DNA of 64,000 bases from positions 68,882,001-68,946,000 of the forward strand of contig OZ024746.1 of assembly GCA_964016885.1 (NCBI GenBank), in the 5' to 3' direction. Positions 49,845 through 63,404 of the stretch are shown piece after piece; the stretch's first letter is position 1, and every line of letters starts with the position of its first letter. A program made the translations under genes and the position numbers. Origin of the DNA: Eledone cirrhosa. Taxonomy: Eukaryota. The notes below the pieces were generated by a model. It was not told the DNA's origin, made no database searches, and saw only the letters and a program-made list of their open reading frames with translations.

Positions 49845-50062
49845 AGAGTCCAATTAATTTATAAATAATTTAACTTACATGTTACCAGTGGGAGAGATAT
49901 TGTGGCTTTGTATTTACAACTTTGCTCACAAAGTCAAAATATCTCTCCCACTGCTATATTAAAATATGTAAGGTAAACTATTTTCATTTAATTGGACTCT
50001 GATGAGTTATTCTGCCAGGAATTAACTTTTTTTTTATTCCTGGTTAGTTTAGTGAAACAGTC
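49845..50062 (+). mobile_element. Hairpin element followed by a degenerate hammerhead (TICRR intron 2)
   Basis: Inverted repeat agagtccaattaa...cagtgggagagatatt/aatatctctcccactg...ttaattggactct; CTGATGA 49999-50005, stem ccaggaat/attcctgg, GAAAC 50054-50058; helix III missing. Confidence 0.5.
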
Positions 50063-50657
50063 ATGAAATCTATTAAATGATTTAATAATAATAATCCTTG
50101 TCTTAATATTTATTAATGCTTATGATGTCCACTTTTCAATGCTTGGAGGTCATTTCCTTGCAGGTTTCCTATGGCTGGATACCCTACTAAGCATGGTAGT
50201 ACATGCCACTTACACTTATCCAGCCACTATATAAAGAGGATATATTGTTTATGTGAGATATAAACAACTGTCACTGCAGGCGTTATAAGCAGAGTTGATG
50301 TGACATTTGTGGTGGCTGGCACACACATACATGGTTCTTTGTAGTTTCTGTTTACCAAATTCACTCCCAAAGCATTGGTCAGTCTGTGATTATACCATGG
50401 AATAAGACATAACCTGAAACCATGTGGTTACAAAGCAAACTTGTTAACTAAACAGCTCCTACATAATATATCTTATAATCCTGTGCCATCACTTATAATG
50501 TAATATATTTTCATTTGTTTTGTATTTAATAAACAATTATGATTATTTCTAATCAAATTGTTTTTCACTATTTTTTTTTTAGCTTTAACTCTAAAATTTT
50601 AAAGTTTTACCCTTATCTTCAAAATTTATTGCTATAGTTTCCCATTCTCTTTTCCAG

Positions 50658-50727
50658 ATAAAGAAATTCAAGACTTGTGTTCTTTGGTGCTTGTACCATC
50701 TAGCAACTCTTTTAAGCAAACTTTATT
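50658..50727 (+). CDS. TICRR: Treslin exon 3 (70 nt, absent from the ORF track)
   Basis: ttttccag acceptor and gtgagt donor; phase 1 in and phase 2 out exactly bridge exons 2 and 4 (DKEIQDLCSLVLVPSSNSFKQTLL). Confidence 0.8.
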
Positions 50728-50759
50728 GTGAGTAAACTACATTAAATTTATATATATGT

Positions 50760-51410
50760 ATCATCATCATCATCGTTTAACGTCCATATTCCACACTTGC
50801 ATGGGTTTGGACGGGAGTTTTCCTACTTGAGGCAAGATTGGTTGTCTTGCTCGTATAGGACTGTCTGGCGGGTTTTCTACGGCTGGATGCCCTTCCTAAC
50901 ACCAACCACGTTTACAGTGTGGACTGGGAGGTTTTTACCGTGTTATATACACGGCCACATTACAGCGTGGACTGTGTGTTTTTTTGTCGTGACACCTACA
51001 CGACCTCATTTGTTTCGGCTTGGATGTTGTGGTACCAACATAACTTTACAGTGGATGGGGTGGGGGTAGTGGGACGGGGGTGTATTTTTGTTAGAGGTGC
51101 CTACTGACTAGGTTTCGCTTTGTACTTAGGCAAGGCGGGTCTTCTGTATTACTGTGTAGTGCCAAAGATCTCGGTCCAGTGACATTGTCTTGGAGAGGTG
51201 TAAGTGTAAGGTCGGAATTTATCAAGTCGTCCCATGTTTTTCTGGGTTTGCCTACTCGGTGGCTACCGTCTATTTTTATCGCCCTGCACTTTTTTATACA
51301 GCTGTCGTTTTTCATGCGCATCACGTGACCGTACCAACGTAGTCTTCTCTCGAGTAAACCACATCTGATCCCTCTTATTCCTAATTTCTCCCTTAGTTCG
51401 TTTATGCTTC
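50760..51410 (-). mobile_element. RTE LINE 3' fragment in TICRR intron 3 (antisense)
   Basis: Similar to 29779-30465. Confidence 0.9.
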
Positions 51411-52367
51411 GTATATTTACTTTAACGTCCGTTTTCCATTCTTCGTGCAGCTGTAAATTTCTATGATTCAGCTTGTGTATATTTTAGTTTCATTTAGTCC
51501 ATATTTAACAAAAAATGTCTATTCACTGTATCAAATCAACAATATTAGTATTCTTCAAGGGAAGGCCATACTTCAATTCAAGTGAAATAACTCCAAAATC
51601 TTTTGGAGTTGCCTCCCTTACTTCTTTGGTCAAAGAATAATACAAATTAACCTCTAGTATTTTCCTTGATCACCACATTTCATCCCACTTCTCACTGGTT
51701 ATTTCTAGTGTTGAAAACATTGGAAATTAGCAATTCTCCAAGCCTTAACAGGGGAAAATGATTGGCTGTCCATGGCATCTTTGTGTGCCAATGACTTAGC
51801 TGAATTTATCTAAAGATTAAAGAAAAAAATCCCAAACTTGGAAGCAAAGTTTAAAATTAAGAGGTCTTAAACTAATTCTATCAAAAACAAAAGTTTTAGT
51901 CAACAGGAAAGGAGACAGAAGTCTATTAACGTCTGTGTGTGTATTTCTCTCTTGACATGCCTTTACTTTGACACTGCTTGCACCGCTGGTGATGATATTT
52001 GTTTCTCATATAAGCAATGTACCCTGCAGCCCAGTGGTTTTGTGAGTGAATATCATTAAAAACAAGTAAGCATTGACATCAAGAAAGGTGTACAGTCGTA
52101 GAATACTGTCTCAAAAATCTTATTCCAAACTATGCCAGCGTGGAAAATCTGTGGTTAATAGAGTTTTCAGAAATTGAAAGGGAGCTTGTCCAAAGTTGCT
52201 ATATTTAAAAGCAACTTTTGTAGAATTTTATAGTTAACTATATGTAGTATATTTACACAGCTCTAAAAATGTTTTAGTGTTTTCTTTTGTATTTGTCGAT
52301 TGTGTTTACTAATCCTTTAAAACTATAAACATTTTTTCTCTTTTTTTTTTTTCCTTTTACCTAATAG

Positions 52368-52836
52368 AAATAACTCAACTGGTCATCTGTCCAAAACTAG
52401 CAGTGCTGTCAACAAAAATCTTCATGTGTCTTTTATTGACAAACACAACCAACACAGCTCAGATAAATTGGCTTCTACTTTTGAATTCTTTATTGAAAAT
52501 TCTGAAAAACTGGCGTCTAATTCTTCATCTTCCACCTTTAAATCTAAGTTCTCCACTCAATCAACACAACATTCATTATCGTTACAAATGGAAATATATG
52601 GATATCTTCAAACTACTGATCTCAATAACTACTCTGATTGTGTGTTTTTCTGTACAGCACCTTCAGAAAATCTGACTCTACGTTCATTCAGTTCTACCCA
52701 AGACAAATCTACTTTAAGTACAGTGCACAAAAATAAGCCATCTGGCATCACAGAACCCACTGAGGAAATATCATCTCCAAAAGTAGCCAAGTTCCAAAAT
52801 TTACTCTTCAGTTTGGCTAAAAGTAATTTGCACTTG
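52368..52836 (+). CDS. TICRR: Treslin exon 4
   Basis: Polypyrimidine tract with taatag acceptor, phase 2; frame of ORF 52426 (FQNLLFSLAKSNLHL); TTG/gtatgt donor, phase 0. Confidence 0.83.
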
Positions 52837-53482
52837 GTATGTTATTTGACATTATATTTATTCTTTGTGTATTTATTTCCATGTATCTGTTTTCTATTGT
52901 TTTGTTAAGAAGAGAATGGGACTCTCCATGACCTCGTTTATGTCCTCAGACTAGTGCTAGGAAGAGAAGTTATTCTCAAACCAGAGACATAGTCTTCTAG
53001 AGATAGCCCTAATGCATGAATAAATTAACTTTACCTTTCGTCCTTTTGAGGTCAATAAAAATAAAAGTACCAGTCCAGTACTGGGGGTCGATTCTTTCTG
53101 GAGAAGAAATCGTCTGTGTACAGACTTGGAGAAAGGATAGGCTTCACCAGGTTTTAAAAATGCCCAAGAAGCACTATATGTCACTACTGCAACCCTAACC
53201 CTTCCATCAGGAGTTATAGATTCATATGATACAATTCTAAACTGGATTTATACGGAAGGTACTAACCCAAAGTATAAAGGAAGGTTTAACATGGGAGTTG
53301 CTGTATGTAGATTACAATCATTATTTGTAGTTTTTTCATAGCATAGAAAATTAGATTGAAAATAGTGTTAACACTATTTGCTGTGGAAGGAAAGACTGAT
53401 GGGGGATTTGATATTGACATGAAATAAGAACTTTTTATCTGTTTATACTTATTAATACAGGTTACTTCTCTTTAAATTCTAG

Positions 53483-53744
53483 ATGGTACAATTGAAGAAC
53501 GACCAGGAAACACCCTATCTAGGTATCCTACAACCTATCACTATCAACCTTGCTGCTCTGACAATTCTTCCAATGGGCCTCAATATTCAATTGAAAGAGA
53601 TTTTCCCTGTTTTTCCAATTTATGGACATACTTCTAATCCAAAAACTTTTGTAGATTGTGACTCTGACAAACTAGATTCTGTTTTACAGCAATATTCAGC
53701 CAAAATATTGCATTCTTACTCATCCTTGACCAAAGTCCAGTCAG
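53483..53744 (+). CDS. TICRR: Treslin exon 5
   Basis: ttctag acceptor, phase 0; GILQPITINLAALTI; G/gtaaat donor, phase 1. Confidence 0.83.
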
Positions 53745-54744
53745 GTAAATATTTTTCACTTTAACCTTATTAATACCAAACCACTTGAAATTGCCCCCGG
53801 TTCTACAATACAAATCAGTTTATTTTAAAGTGTTTATATTTATCTAAAATCCTTCCATCAAGAACCTTTGTTAACTTATGCTCCAAACACCAAATTAATG
53901 AGAAAATTAGTTATGTTACTCAATCCCTCTAAATTCTTAATTAGTTTCAAACTTATTTGTAAATCGTAGGCAGTATTTTTCATTAAAAATAACGTATGAT
54001 ACAGTTAATTTAACCGTATTTCTACATTGATATTCATTGTGTGTGTGTGAGAGAGAAGGTTAATAATTAGAGGGAAAGAAAGCATTTTAGTAGATGTTTA
54101 GGTGAATATGGCCAAGATTACAATGTTGGTTAATAGTGAGAACTGTTAATACTTGTAGAAATTCAAAGTAATGAAGAAATCTAATAATGGTCAGTCTTGT
54201 AGAAATATCAGCCTAATCACACCGTATTGTCTATGCTTGTCGACAGTGCTATGCAGTGAGATGGAACATGAAGCTATATGGCTACAAAGCTTCTTCATAA
54301 CACAGCCATGTTTGCAACAATAATAAACATGAAATCTATACACTAATGCAGACTGCACCAATGCACAAGAAAAGTGTAGTCTTTGTAAAATAGTAGGTAT
54401 GGAAAGGGGTAGATATCTTAGAATTCACAGACAAAAGGGTGTATAAAGTTTTGTATCAGAGATATAGATAGTAAATAAATGTGGTTACACCTGAATATGA
54501 ATGAATTTCTTCTTGTAATAACTGCATCTGGCATTGACACAAGGCCAGAAAGTTGAGGGAGGAGTCAGGATGAAATCAACCTCAGAAAGATGAAAGGTGA
54601 AGCTGACCATAACAAGACTTTATCACAGTGCATTAAGAGCCAGAACAATTTTAGTATAGAGGTCATCCCATTGATAAATCAAAGATTGTTTTACCACTAT
54701 ACTTCCTTCAATCAACTCTTCTAATAAATGGTTATTATTAAGAC

Positions 54745-54930
54745 GGATTGGCAGTATCGGTAGAGAATCGGACACCATACTTTGATGCGTAGAGTTACGG
54801 CCCTTTCTATTCTGATTTCAAATCCCGTCGAGGTTAACTTTGCCTTTCATCCTTGCGGGGGTCGATAAAATAAAGTACCAGTAATGCACTGGGTAATTGC
54901 TGGCCTTGTGCCAAAAGTAGAAACAATTAT
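54745..54930 (+). mobile_element. SINE family B in TICRR intron 5
   Basis: Similar to the 11594 copy. Confidence 0.85.
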
Positions 54931-55032
54931 TTAGACTGTCATTATGTATTTACAAAACACTTTTCAACAGAAAGTGGATCTAAAATTGTTGAAATAAAAT
55001 TTTTTTTTTTTTTCGTTTTTCCTTTCTCACAG

Positions 55033-56682
55033 ATAAAACCTCACATGAAACGCAGTCTTCCTACAATGTTTTTGATGCCTCTATTTTAAACAAATGGACA
55101 ATTCCTAATGCTAAAAACTCTGAAATGATAAAGATGTCTGGATTATTCTGTAAAACACAGCTCCATACAAAGGAAATAGAATTGTTGAAGAAACTAAAAC
55201 AGTTATATCGTAAAGCAGACAGCCCTTCTAGGTTAGTTGACAAGGGAATAATTGATGAAAAATCCTCAAAAGTTGATACAAGCCAACCAAGTGAAAGCAG
55301 CGTTTCTCAAAAGGCAGATAATCGGAAACCTCAAATTCTGAAGAAACTGCGTAGTTTTACTCTTGGTCCTACTCGAGCAGAAATGATTCTTTCCAAAAGC
55401 ATGGAAGTTGTTGAAGAGTTGAGTAAGGCTGGGTGTGAAGAACCAGTTTCTTGTACACAGGGGAATGAAGAATCTAAACAGATTAGTGATAAAATTAACT
55501 CAATTGTTAAGTATATTGCTAATAATAGTGATCTCACTGATTTTATCACTCAGGCTTATGAGACAGCACTTCAAGAGAAATTGGATTCTTGGAAGCAGAT
55601 GTATGAGATTGTAAATGTAGTTCTTCTTTATATGAAAGCTAACACAGACAATGCAGAAATAGAAACAAGGAAGCTGCTGGTGGAGCTTTTGTTTATTTCT
55701 TGTAGTGATTTACGTCATAAATACAGGAATCCAGAATTAGGAAAAGAAGCAAAAATACAAGAATATAAGCTTCAAATTATTCTTCGAATGGAAATCCAGT
55801 GCCTTAAATTAATGCCTGAGAAAACTGAAACTGTTGACACAAAAGATGATGTTCACTCTATTGAAACTTCTGTAGAAGATATAGTTACAATGTTACGTAC
55901 CCTGTCTTTTATCTCAGATCTCACTTTAGTCCCCTTCTTTCTCAGAGACGTATTACTCAAGAATTACAGCCACTTAATACCACAAGTTGTAGCTAATATA
56001 TATGATGAATTGATGCAACCAGTGCCTAGTGTTCTGGCTGATGTTATGTCTCCTGAATCAGATGCTCCTTCAACATTTTGTCCTTCTGTGAATAGTTTTA
56101 CCTTAGATGAATCTGTGAGAGAAGTCACCAATGCAATTCTTCAAACACAAAGCAAGAAATCTAAAACCAAACAAGTGCTGCCAGGTCTCGGTGAAAGACT
56201 CAATCGACAAATTGTTATTGGTAAAAAATCTAATGCACAGGCAATAAAGAAACGTCTTTGTACATCGAAATCTAGTGCTTCATGTAAGAAAAGGGCTCAG
56301 GGAAATACTAGTGAAGAGACTGTTAAGGCCAGGCGCAGCTTGTTTACAAGTGAGAGCAGGAAGTTAGAGAGACATCGTTCATTTGCTGTAACAGAGAAAG
56401 AGAAATCGAAATCTCATGGTCACAGGAATTATCATCGGAGACGGCAGGCTCATAGGGATTTAGTCAATAATAAGAGAAAGACGATTGTTGCTGAGACTCC
56501 TGCACATAAACAAATGTCTCAGGTAATGAGACGTTGGCACCTGCTGCAGAGTAGACTTACAGAGCCGTTAGAAACATCAGCAAAGAGCCACTCCAACACT
56601 GACCACCACAATAATCTACCATCTAAACCTACATCTACACTAGTTATTGAAGAGTCACCCATGAAAGAAATAGCAAGCTCAA
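55033..56682 (+). CDS. TICRR: Treslin exon 6 (Sld3-treslin domain and CDK/TopBP1-binding sites)
   Basis: EYKLQIILRMEI..IVTMLRTLSF..IPQVVANIYDEL; VAETPAHKQ and IEESPMK correspond to the human T969 and S1001 motifs; cacag acceptor, A/gtaagc donor. Confidence 0.92.
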
Positions 56683-57465
56683 GTAAGCACTTTATTCCTT
56701 TCTTAATTTTGTTTTCTATAAATGTTCTTCATACCTATAGACTAAATTTGTAGTTTAGCCCCAGTTCACTTAGGGACACACTTCAGCCTTTATTCCACAA
56801 ACACACTTTCTGCTATCGCTACTGCTACTATAATGACCTCCACTCCTTGGAGTTGCTTGGTCTTGTACTATCTCCACTAGTATTCCCGATATCCCTCTTT
56901 CTCTCAGCATCCATATTGTGCCAAACTCCTAAGGCCCTGCACTAAATATATCCAGTCCCCTCTGCTCGTGTATTTCCTACAGGAGTCAATTTGCAATAGT
57001 TGTATATACACGTGTGTGTGTGTGTGTACCAGTTTACCATATGCATCTTTGTATCGACCAAGTTGTACATAAAGTAACAATTGGTGTCAAAGACATTAAA
57101 CTGTAGTAAAACTGCCTCGAAAATCGTGTCCAACACACACCACCATTGATTTTCAGGTGCAAAAATGGTGATGATGATGTAGCAATACATTTTGCAAGTC
57201 TTTAATGATTCTGTAACATGGTCTATGATAAAATGCAGCCAGTACACTCTGTAAAGATGCTGTGCTCCAACTAAGTGATGACTTGGTCTGTAACTACCTG
57301 TCCAGCCTATGCTAACATAGAAAAACAGATGTTAAATGATGGTGATGATCATGTGTGTGTTTGTCTCCACAATGACGCTACTTAAAAATAATTAAATACA
57401 TCTGTTTGGTTTTTTTTAATTACTTTTTAATGTTTGTTTTTTTGTTTTTTTTTCTTCTTTTCCAG

Positions 57466-58595
57466 AACCATCAGTTGATAATAGCTCACGATCAGAATCT
57501 AACCATAAAACAAAAGTTTTGATCAGGAAAGGCTTCTATGGCTTAAGCCGAACTCGTATACAATCCAGGAATTTTGCAAAATATATGGAGCTGGCTGACC
57601 GTATTGCTGGTCGCAGTGACCGCTATGCCAAATTAACTTCTATCACTTTTTCCTCACAACAGGAAATGGGCAACCGATCACCACTGGATCGACCAAATAC
57701 ATTCGCTCTATCTCAACTTATGGGCTTTCAGTCACCCACCAGTCCTAAATCTGACGACACAGTAAAATATACTCCAAACCCCGAAACTGAAACCTTTCCT
57801 TTCAGTAGAAGCCCAAGAATCCGAAAAAGGTCTTTGGAGAATGTTTCTGTTAAACAAGCCCTTTTTACAACTCCAGAAAAAATATTGTCATTATCATCAT
57901 CATCTAAAACAACAGCTCACTGCAGTAATGATGAGCACAACTTGAATTCCAGTAAGTTAGAAAACTTAGATAGCAGCATATTTAAGACTCCTACAAAACA
58001 AACTCCTCTTTGTTTGGAAACTCCTGAAAAGGTAATAACTACTCCAGAAAATAAACAGTTAATTAGTTGTGATGCATCCATATTAGTTGAAGATAGTACT
58101 GTTGTTAAAAATAAGTCTTTCATTAACACTGTACATGAACCACAAGAGTCTATTACAACTGTAGGGACTCTTGGAACTCTTACAAAAACTCCAGTAAAAA
58201 AACAGAATAGTTTACTAGAAAATAGCAGTGTAGTTTCACAACGAAAATCTGTTACAATCCCCCAGCTAGTTTCTGAAGAAGATGATGCTTATAGGAATTG
58301 TGTCCCGACATTGCTAAATTTACCAACAAAGATTTTACAGACACCTTCTCCAAAGCCTTCAAAACAGTCTTCTACTCCAGATTCATTAGACAAATGGAAA
58401 CGTAAAAAGAACTATTATCACAAGGATAAATCATCTCACGTTAACCATTCATCTGATGTTTTAAGTAAACCAAAAGGATGTTTACATTTGGATACTGACA
58501 GCGAAACTTCAGTTCTGAAGCATTGTAAACGGAAAGCTAGTGTTGACTCTAATGTGGCAGGTTTCTTAAGTAAGAGAAGAAAATATAACAAATAA
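57466..58595 (+). CDS. TICRR: Treslin exon 7 (terminal, TP/SP-rich tail)
   Basis: ttttccag acceptor, phase 1; many TP/SP CDK motifs; TAA at 58593-58595. Total CDS is 5055 nt, i.e. 1684 aa plus stop. Confidence 0.85.
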
Positions 58596-59439
58596 ATCTT
58601 TAAATTGTTTTTCACTCAGCTTCATAAAAACAAATTAAATTATCGGAAGTTTTACTACATTGTATATAAATTTGTTTTAAGTTTTTAAGTAGCTTTCGAC
58701 AAGAATTTTAACATTTCATTTCATTTCATTTAAACTGTAAAAAGTTGACTCAAATATTTAAATGTGTATAATAATTTTAAAATGTAATTAAAAATTATAT
58801 ATTGAAAAAAATAACCATTTTAAAAAGTTTTGTAATTGAGTAGATGTTTTTGTATTGTTTATTATCTATTCTAGCAAATTAGATGGCTTTTTGTGGCAGT
58901 ATTCTACAAACAGGCATCATTGCTTCTTTGTTTTTAAGTACATTCGGATCTCGAATAATCGAGAGTAGGTCAAACCAGTGAACTGTTGGACATAAAGAAA
59001 CGTCACCACCTGCAGTAATGTCAAATATAAAGCAAAAGCATGAGAAGTATTCACACGCGAGTGTGTATATAGACATATATAACAGGTTTCTTTAGTCTCC
59101 ATCTAATAAATTCACTCACAATGTCAGTCCGAGTTTATACTAGAAGAAATACACTTGCCCAAGGTGCCATGCTGAGGGATAAAACTCGAAACCACATGGT
59201 TGAGAAGCAGTTTTCAAACATGCAGCCATGCCTGCAACTTGTTCACTTAAATTACCTGAGAGAAGTAGAATTGGTTGCAATCAGTTTCAATATATCAACC
59301 TATTGGTGGTTCAATTAATCTAATATTGTTTATTGAAAATGTGTTATGGGGGAGACCAGCTGGCCAATAATAACAGTGGTTAATGTATGCAGGAGTTTGT
59401 GAGGAGTGCTTGCTGTCACTGTTCCTCTTCCTCCTTGGT

Positions 59440-60040
59440 CATTGACGAGATAATGAAAACCACTACAACAGACAGGAGCAATGGTATAGAGTGGACACCC
59501 TGAACACAACTGGCTGGCTTCGATTTTGCTGATGACCTGACACTCTTGTCACACAGTTATGACCAGATACAGAACAAGACCTCACGCTTGGAGACGATGT
59601 CAGCCAGGACAGGGTTTAAGATAAGCTGATGAAGATCAACACACCAGTTACAGTCGGTGGAGTCATTTGTCTACCTGGGAAGTGTGGGGGGAGAACGTCT
59701 GGGCATCAAAAGAGATCTGCCCAAGAACTAAACTTTGCATCTTCAACTCCAATAAGGACAACAAAGAAAATCCAGACATTCTTCAACACCTGTCTCAAGT
59801 ACAACTACAACATCAAATGGCAAAGCAGATTCTGTGGAGCAGGATTGGACATACCCTCAGGAAACCAGCATCCAACACCAAGCCCTGACCTGGAACCTGC
59901 AGGATAAGAGGAAGAGTGGCCGATACCACAGCAGCTGGAGGCATGACACAGGCTGAATTAAGAAAACTGGAAGCCAACTAGAGGGGAGTGGCAAGATCGT
60001 GTACAATAGAGGAGAGTCAATAATGGCCTATGTTCCGGAG
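59440..60040 (+). pseudogene. Degenerate RTE-like LINE RT
   Basis: DFADDLTLLSHSYDQIQNKTSRLE; WSRIGHTLRKP; ALTWNLQ. Confidence 0.7.
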
Positions 60041-61239
60041 GCTGAATGCCGAATGCAGGGGAGATAACTACACTAGTCTAGACGTGTGATATAAATAGCT
60101 GAAAGTGGTGAGGTATGAAGCCAATTTTAGGCTTCATAAAAGATCAAGAGTAGTAATATGTACAACAGATCCAGGCTACCATAGCAAAACGTGTTAACAA
60201 GATGAATGATTTATACTCAGTTGTTTAACCCTGGGTCAACTCAAGTCAAGCAGGCTTATAATCAAAAGAATTCTAGGCAGGACCATCTCATCTTACTTTC
60301 AGGTAATCTGTATTTAAGACTACATTATCAAATGTGTCCTTTTTATTTTTACTGGTAATGTAACTTACTGCAGATTAGGTTACTATTTCTAGAAAATTGA
60401 GGGACCATGTAGAGGTTTCTTCAATTCAGATTGGACAATTATGAAGAGTCATTGTGACTATTTATCTTATCTTTTCTTCACAACTACATTATCTAATATG
60501 GCCTGTTTTTTTTCTAAGTAAATGTGAATTTGCTGCTATTTCTATCAGGTCGAGCAGTCATGTAAAGGCCCAGGATCATAGTTGTTTGGGGGTGTGACGG
60601 TAAAAGTAACTTCAGAAGAGATTCCTTTATAGTAGGTAATTGTGACAAAATAGAGACCCTGATGGTTAGCTATGGAATCAACAATGTGTTTACCAGTTAT
60701 TCATTCAATGGAACAGCCTGTCCATGAAATTAACGTTCAAATGGTCAAACATTCTAGAAACAAATGTATCCTTAACGTAATTCTCAGGGAGATCTAGCAT
60801 GATAAAGCTGGCCTTAAATTACGTGTACAGTCCATCTGTTTCACTCACAAGGTAAGGGTTGACCCAGTAAACAATATTTACTCAAGATGCCACAACACCG
60901 ATATTAAAATATGGTTTTCTTATCAAGTGAACTGCAATTGATCTCAGAATTATAAAACTAATCCTTAGTTTAAACTGTGATTCTCCATATTCTAATATTA
61001 AAATATACATTATTTCACATTGAGAGGGGTAGTGGATTGGTGGAATTTGTAGACCATCAGCTAAAATGCAAAATCTATTTTCCAGGTTTGCATGGATTAG
61101 ATGGGTTGTAATATCCTGGGGCTTAACTGGTCAAATCAGGTGACCACATCTAAAGCTAATCTACCAATCACTCATTGCAAATATTGGTAGTTGTGGATGA
61201 GACATTAGAGCCTATATTTATGTATTTATATATATATAT

Positions 61240-61565
61240 AATCATCATTGCTTTTACAGCCATTTTTCTATGCTTGCATGAGTTAGATAGGTCTTTTTCA
61301 GCATAGTATCTCTCTACTCATCATCTCTGTGAGCTTCACCAATTTGAGATAACCTCTCACCCCCTCCATCAAGGTTTTTCTTTGGTCTTCCTCTACTGTG
61401 GCTTCCTTCCACTGAGATTTTTTGACATTTCTTCACCTAGCGATCTTCATCAAAGTGCATCACATGTCCAAACCATCACAGTCTCCTTTACTGCACTTTA
61501 CATCTGATTCCTCTTATACCCAGTTTCTATCTCAATATATCCATGCTTTGTCATTCATGCACACA
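61240..61565 (-). mobile_element. Degenerate RTE 3' fragment
   Basis: RGIRC..RRL.WFGHVMH on the minus strand. Confidence 0.65.
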
Positions 61566-61664
61566 TAGAAAAAACATTTTTTCAAATCCCAGCTGATGTT
61601 CATACATTTATAATTATGGATAGAAAAATACATTAAAATATTACAAATCTTAAACGAAAATATA

Positions 61665-61708
<44 letters not shown>

Positions 61709-61820
61709 GAATGATAGATCAAATAATCAAAAATAAGTCTGTGTTGTTTCCACAATCTCTGCTACATTGATCACACATTCACAAACAAGCAAGTTCAGGT
61801 GAACAGCTCCTATTTATCTC

Positions 61821-62041
61821 TCACACCCACTGTTTTTCAGCTGCGTTTATTGTACTCTTAATCATCCTCTTTAGTTCATTATATCGTACATTTGGTGGAT
61901 ATTGCTTGGATGATTCATATCCCTTTCTCAAATCTTCAATTATGTGTTTTATATTCCTGAAAGCTTTCTGGTAGTTTGACAAAATGTTCTTTGTGTCTTC
62001 TATACCATTTTTTAGCATTGTTTTGTCTAATCTTTTCACCT
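61821..62041 (-). CDS. Probable terminal exon of an unidentified gene convergent on TICRR
   Basis: tttttgtttttgcag acceptor at 62042; non-repetitive helical peptide EVKRLDKTMLKNGIEDTKNILSNYQKAFRNIKHIIEDLRKGYESSKQYPPNVRYNELKRMIKSTINAAEKQWV*. Confidence 0.6.
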
Positions 62042-62717
62042 CTGCAAAAACAAAAACAAAAAGAAAATATTTAAATGTTTCAAATTTATTAAATTTATTA
62101 AAAAAAATTAATAACAATTGACAACCTCCCTAGTGTTGGTGATCTACATGATAAATGCACCCAATCACACTGTAAAGTGGTTGATGAAAGGAAGGGTAAC
62201 TAGTTGTATAAAGCTTTCCAAACAAAGAGTTGGGAAGACAACCTCTCTAGTGCTGGTGCCACAATAAAATGCACTCGGTAGAATGTGGAACCATATTTAA
62301 GCAAGATGCAAACCTCCTGGCCTGTAGGAGGTCAGTAGCCCTACTTCAGAACTGGTTCAGTCGATAATGCAACAAATCAAATGTTTTTAAAAACAGTTTA
62401 TTTTTGTCTAGCTCAAGGACAGCCTTGATTTGACAGGTCTATGATCAACAATATTCCAACCATGACACAATGACACATTGCTTTGTATATCTAGGATTAT
62501 ATTGTCCAAATATGTTCTTCCTTTCTTAAAATGGGAGAATCAGTAAAATGTTGGAAAAATTTCTTGCAGCATTTAATTACATCCTATATTCAAACCACAA
62601 CAGGGTCAACTATGCTTCTCATCCTACCAAGGTCAATAAAATAAATACCAGTCAAATTTTAGTGTCAGTAAAATCGACATACGCTTCTATAAAAAGTCTG
62701 GCATTAGTATTACTCCA

Positions 62718-62938
62718 CATTTAGCATTTAAACCGGCAGTATCCAGCCAGAATTCTCTCATCTTTTTCTGCTGAAACCAGCCATAATCGGCTGCTCATAC
62801 TTATGTTAAGGTATTCTCAAAATAAATAATATCAAAATCTCATGGATTCAATATTATGTGAGATAATTATGTAAGGTAAAGTGTTTACCATGAAAATACA
62901 GTAGTAAATATAGAATAATGTAGATGCTAAAGGGTTAA
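62718..62938. mobile_element. piggyBac-like MITE, same family as 23417
   Basis: tttagcatttaaaccggc...gatgctaaaggg-ttaa. Confidence 0.75.
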
Positions 62939-63404
62939 TGTGGTGGATTGGCAAAATTGGTAGAGCATTGGGTAAAATGACATTGTGGCACTTGTTCTGG
63001 CCCTTTACATTCTGAGTTGAAATTCCACCAAGGTCATCTTAGCCTTTCGTCCTTCTGAGGTCAATAAGATAAAGTACCAATGTACAGGGGTTGATTTAAT
63101 CAACTTTGCCTTTGCCCTTCTCTCAAATGTGTTGACATTGTGCCGAAATCAACAGCAAATGGCAGAATCAATAAAGTGGCAGACATCATCATCATCAACA
63201 GCATCCTTTTTATGTCCGTTTCTTCATGTTTGCATGAATTGGACATCTCTTTTTCAGCACAACCTCTCTCTCTCTCCATGCATTGTGTTCGTTTGTAATC
63301 TCTTCTGTGAAATTCACTGTTTTGAGGTGCTGTACTTAATAATATCTCATTACATTCTTAGTTCAAATCCTTCTGAGATTGACTTCATTATTTATTTCTT
63401 CAGG

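Noticed and set aside
52403-52675. ORF 52403-52675 as the TICRR exon frame
   Set aside because: It ends in a stop. The 70-nt exon at 50658 shifts the phase so that the 52426 frame, which matches treslin, is used.
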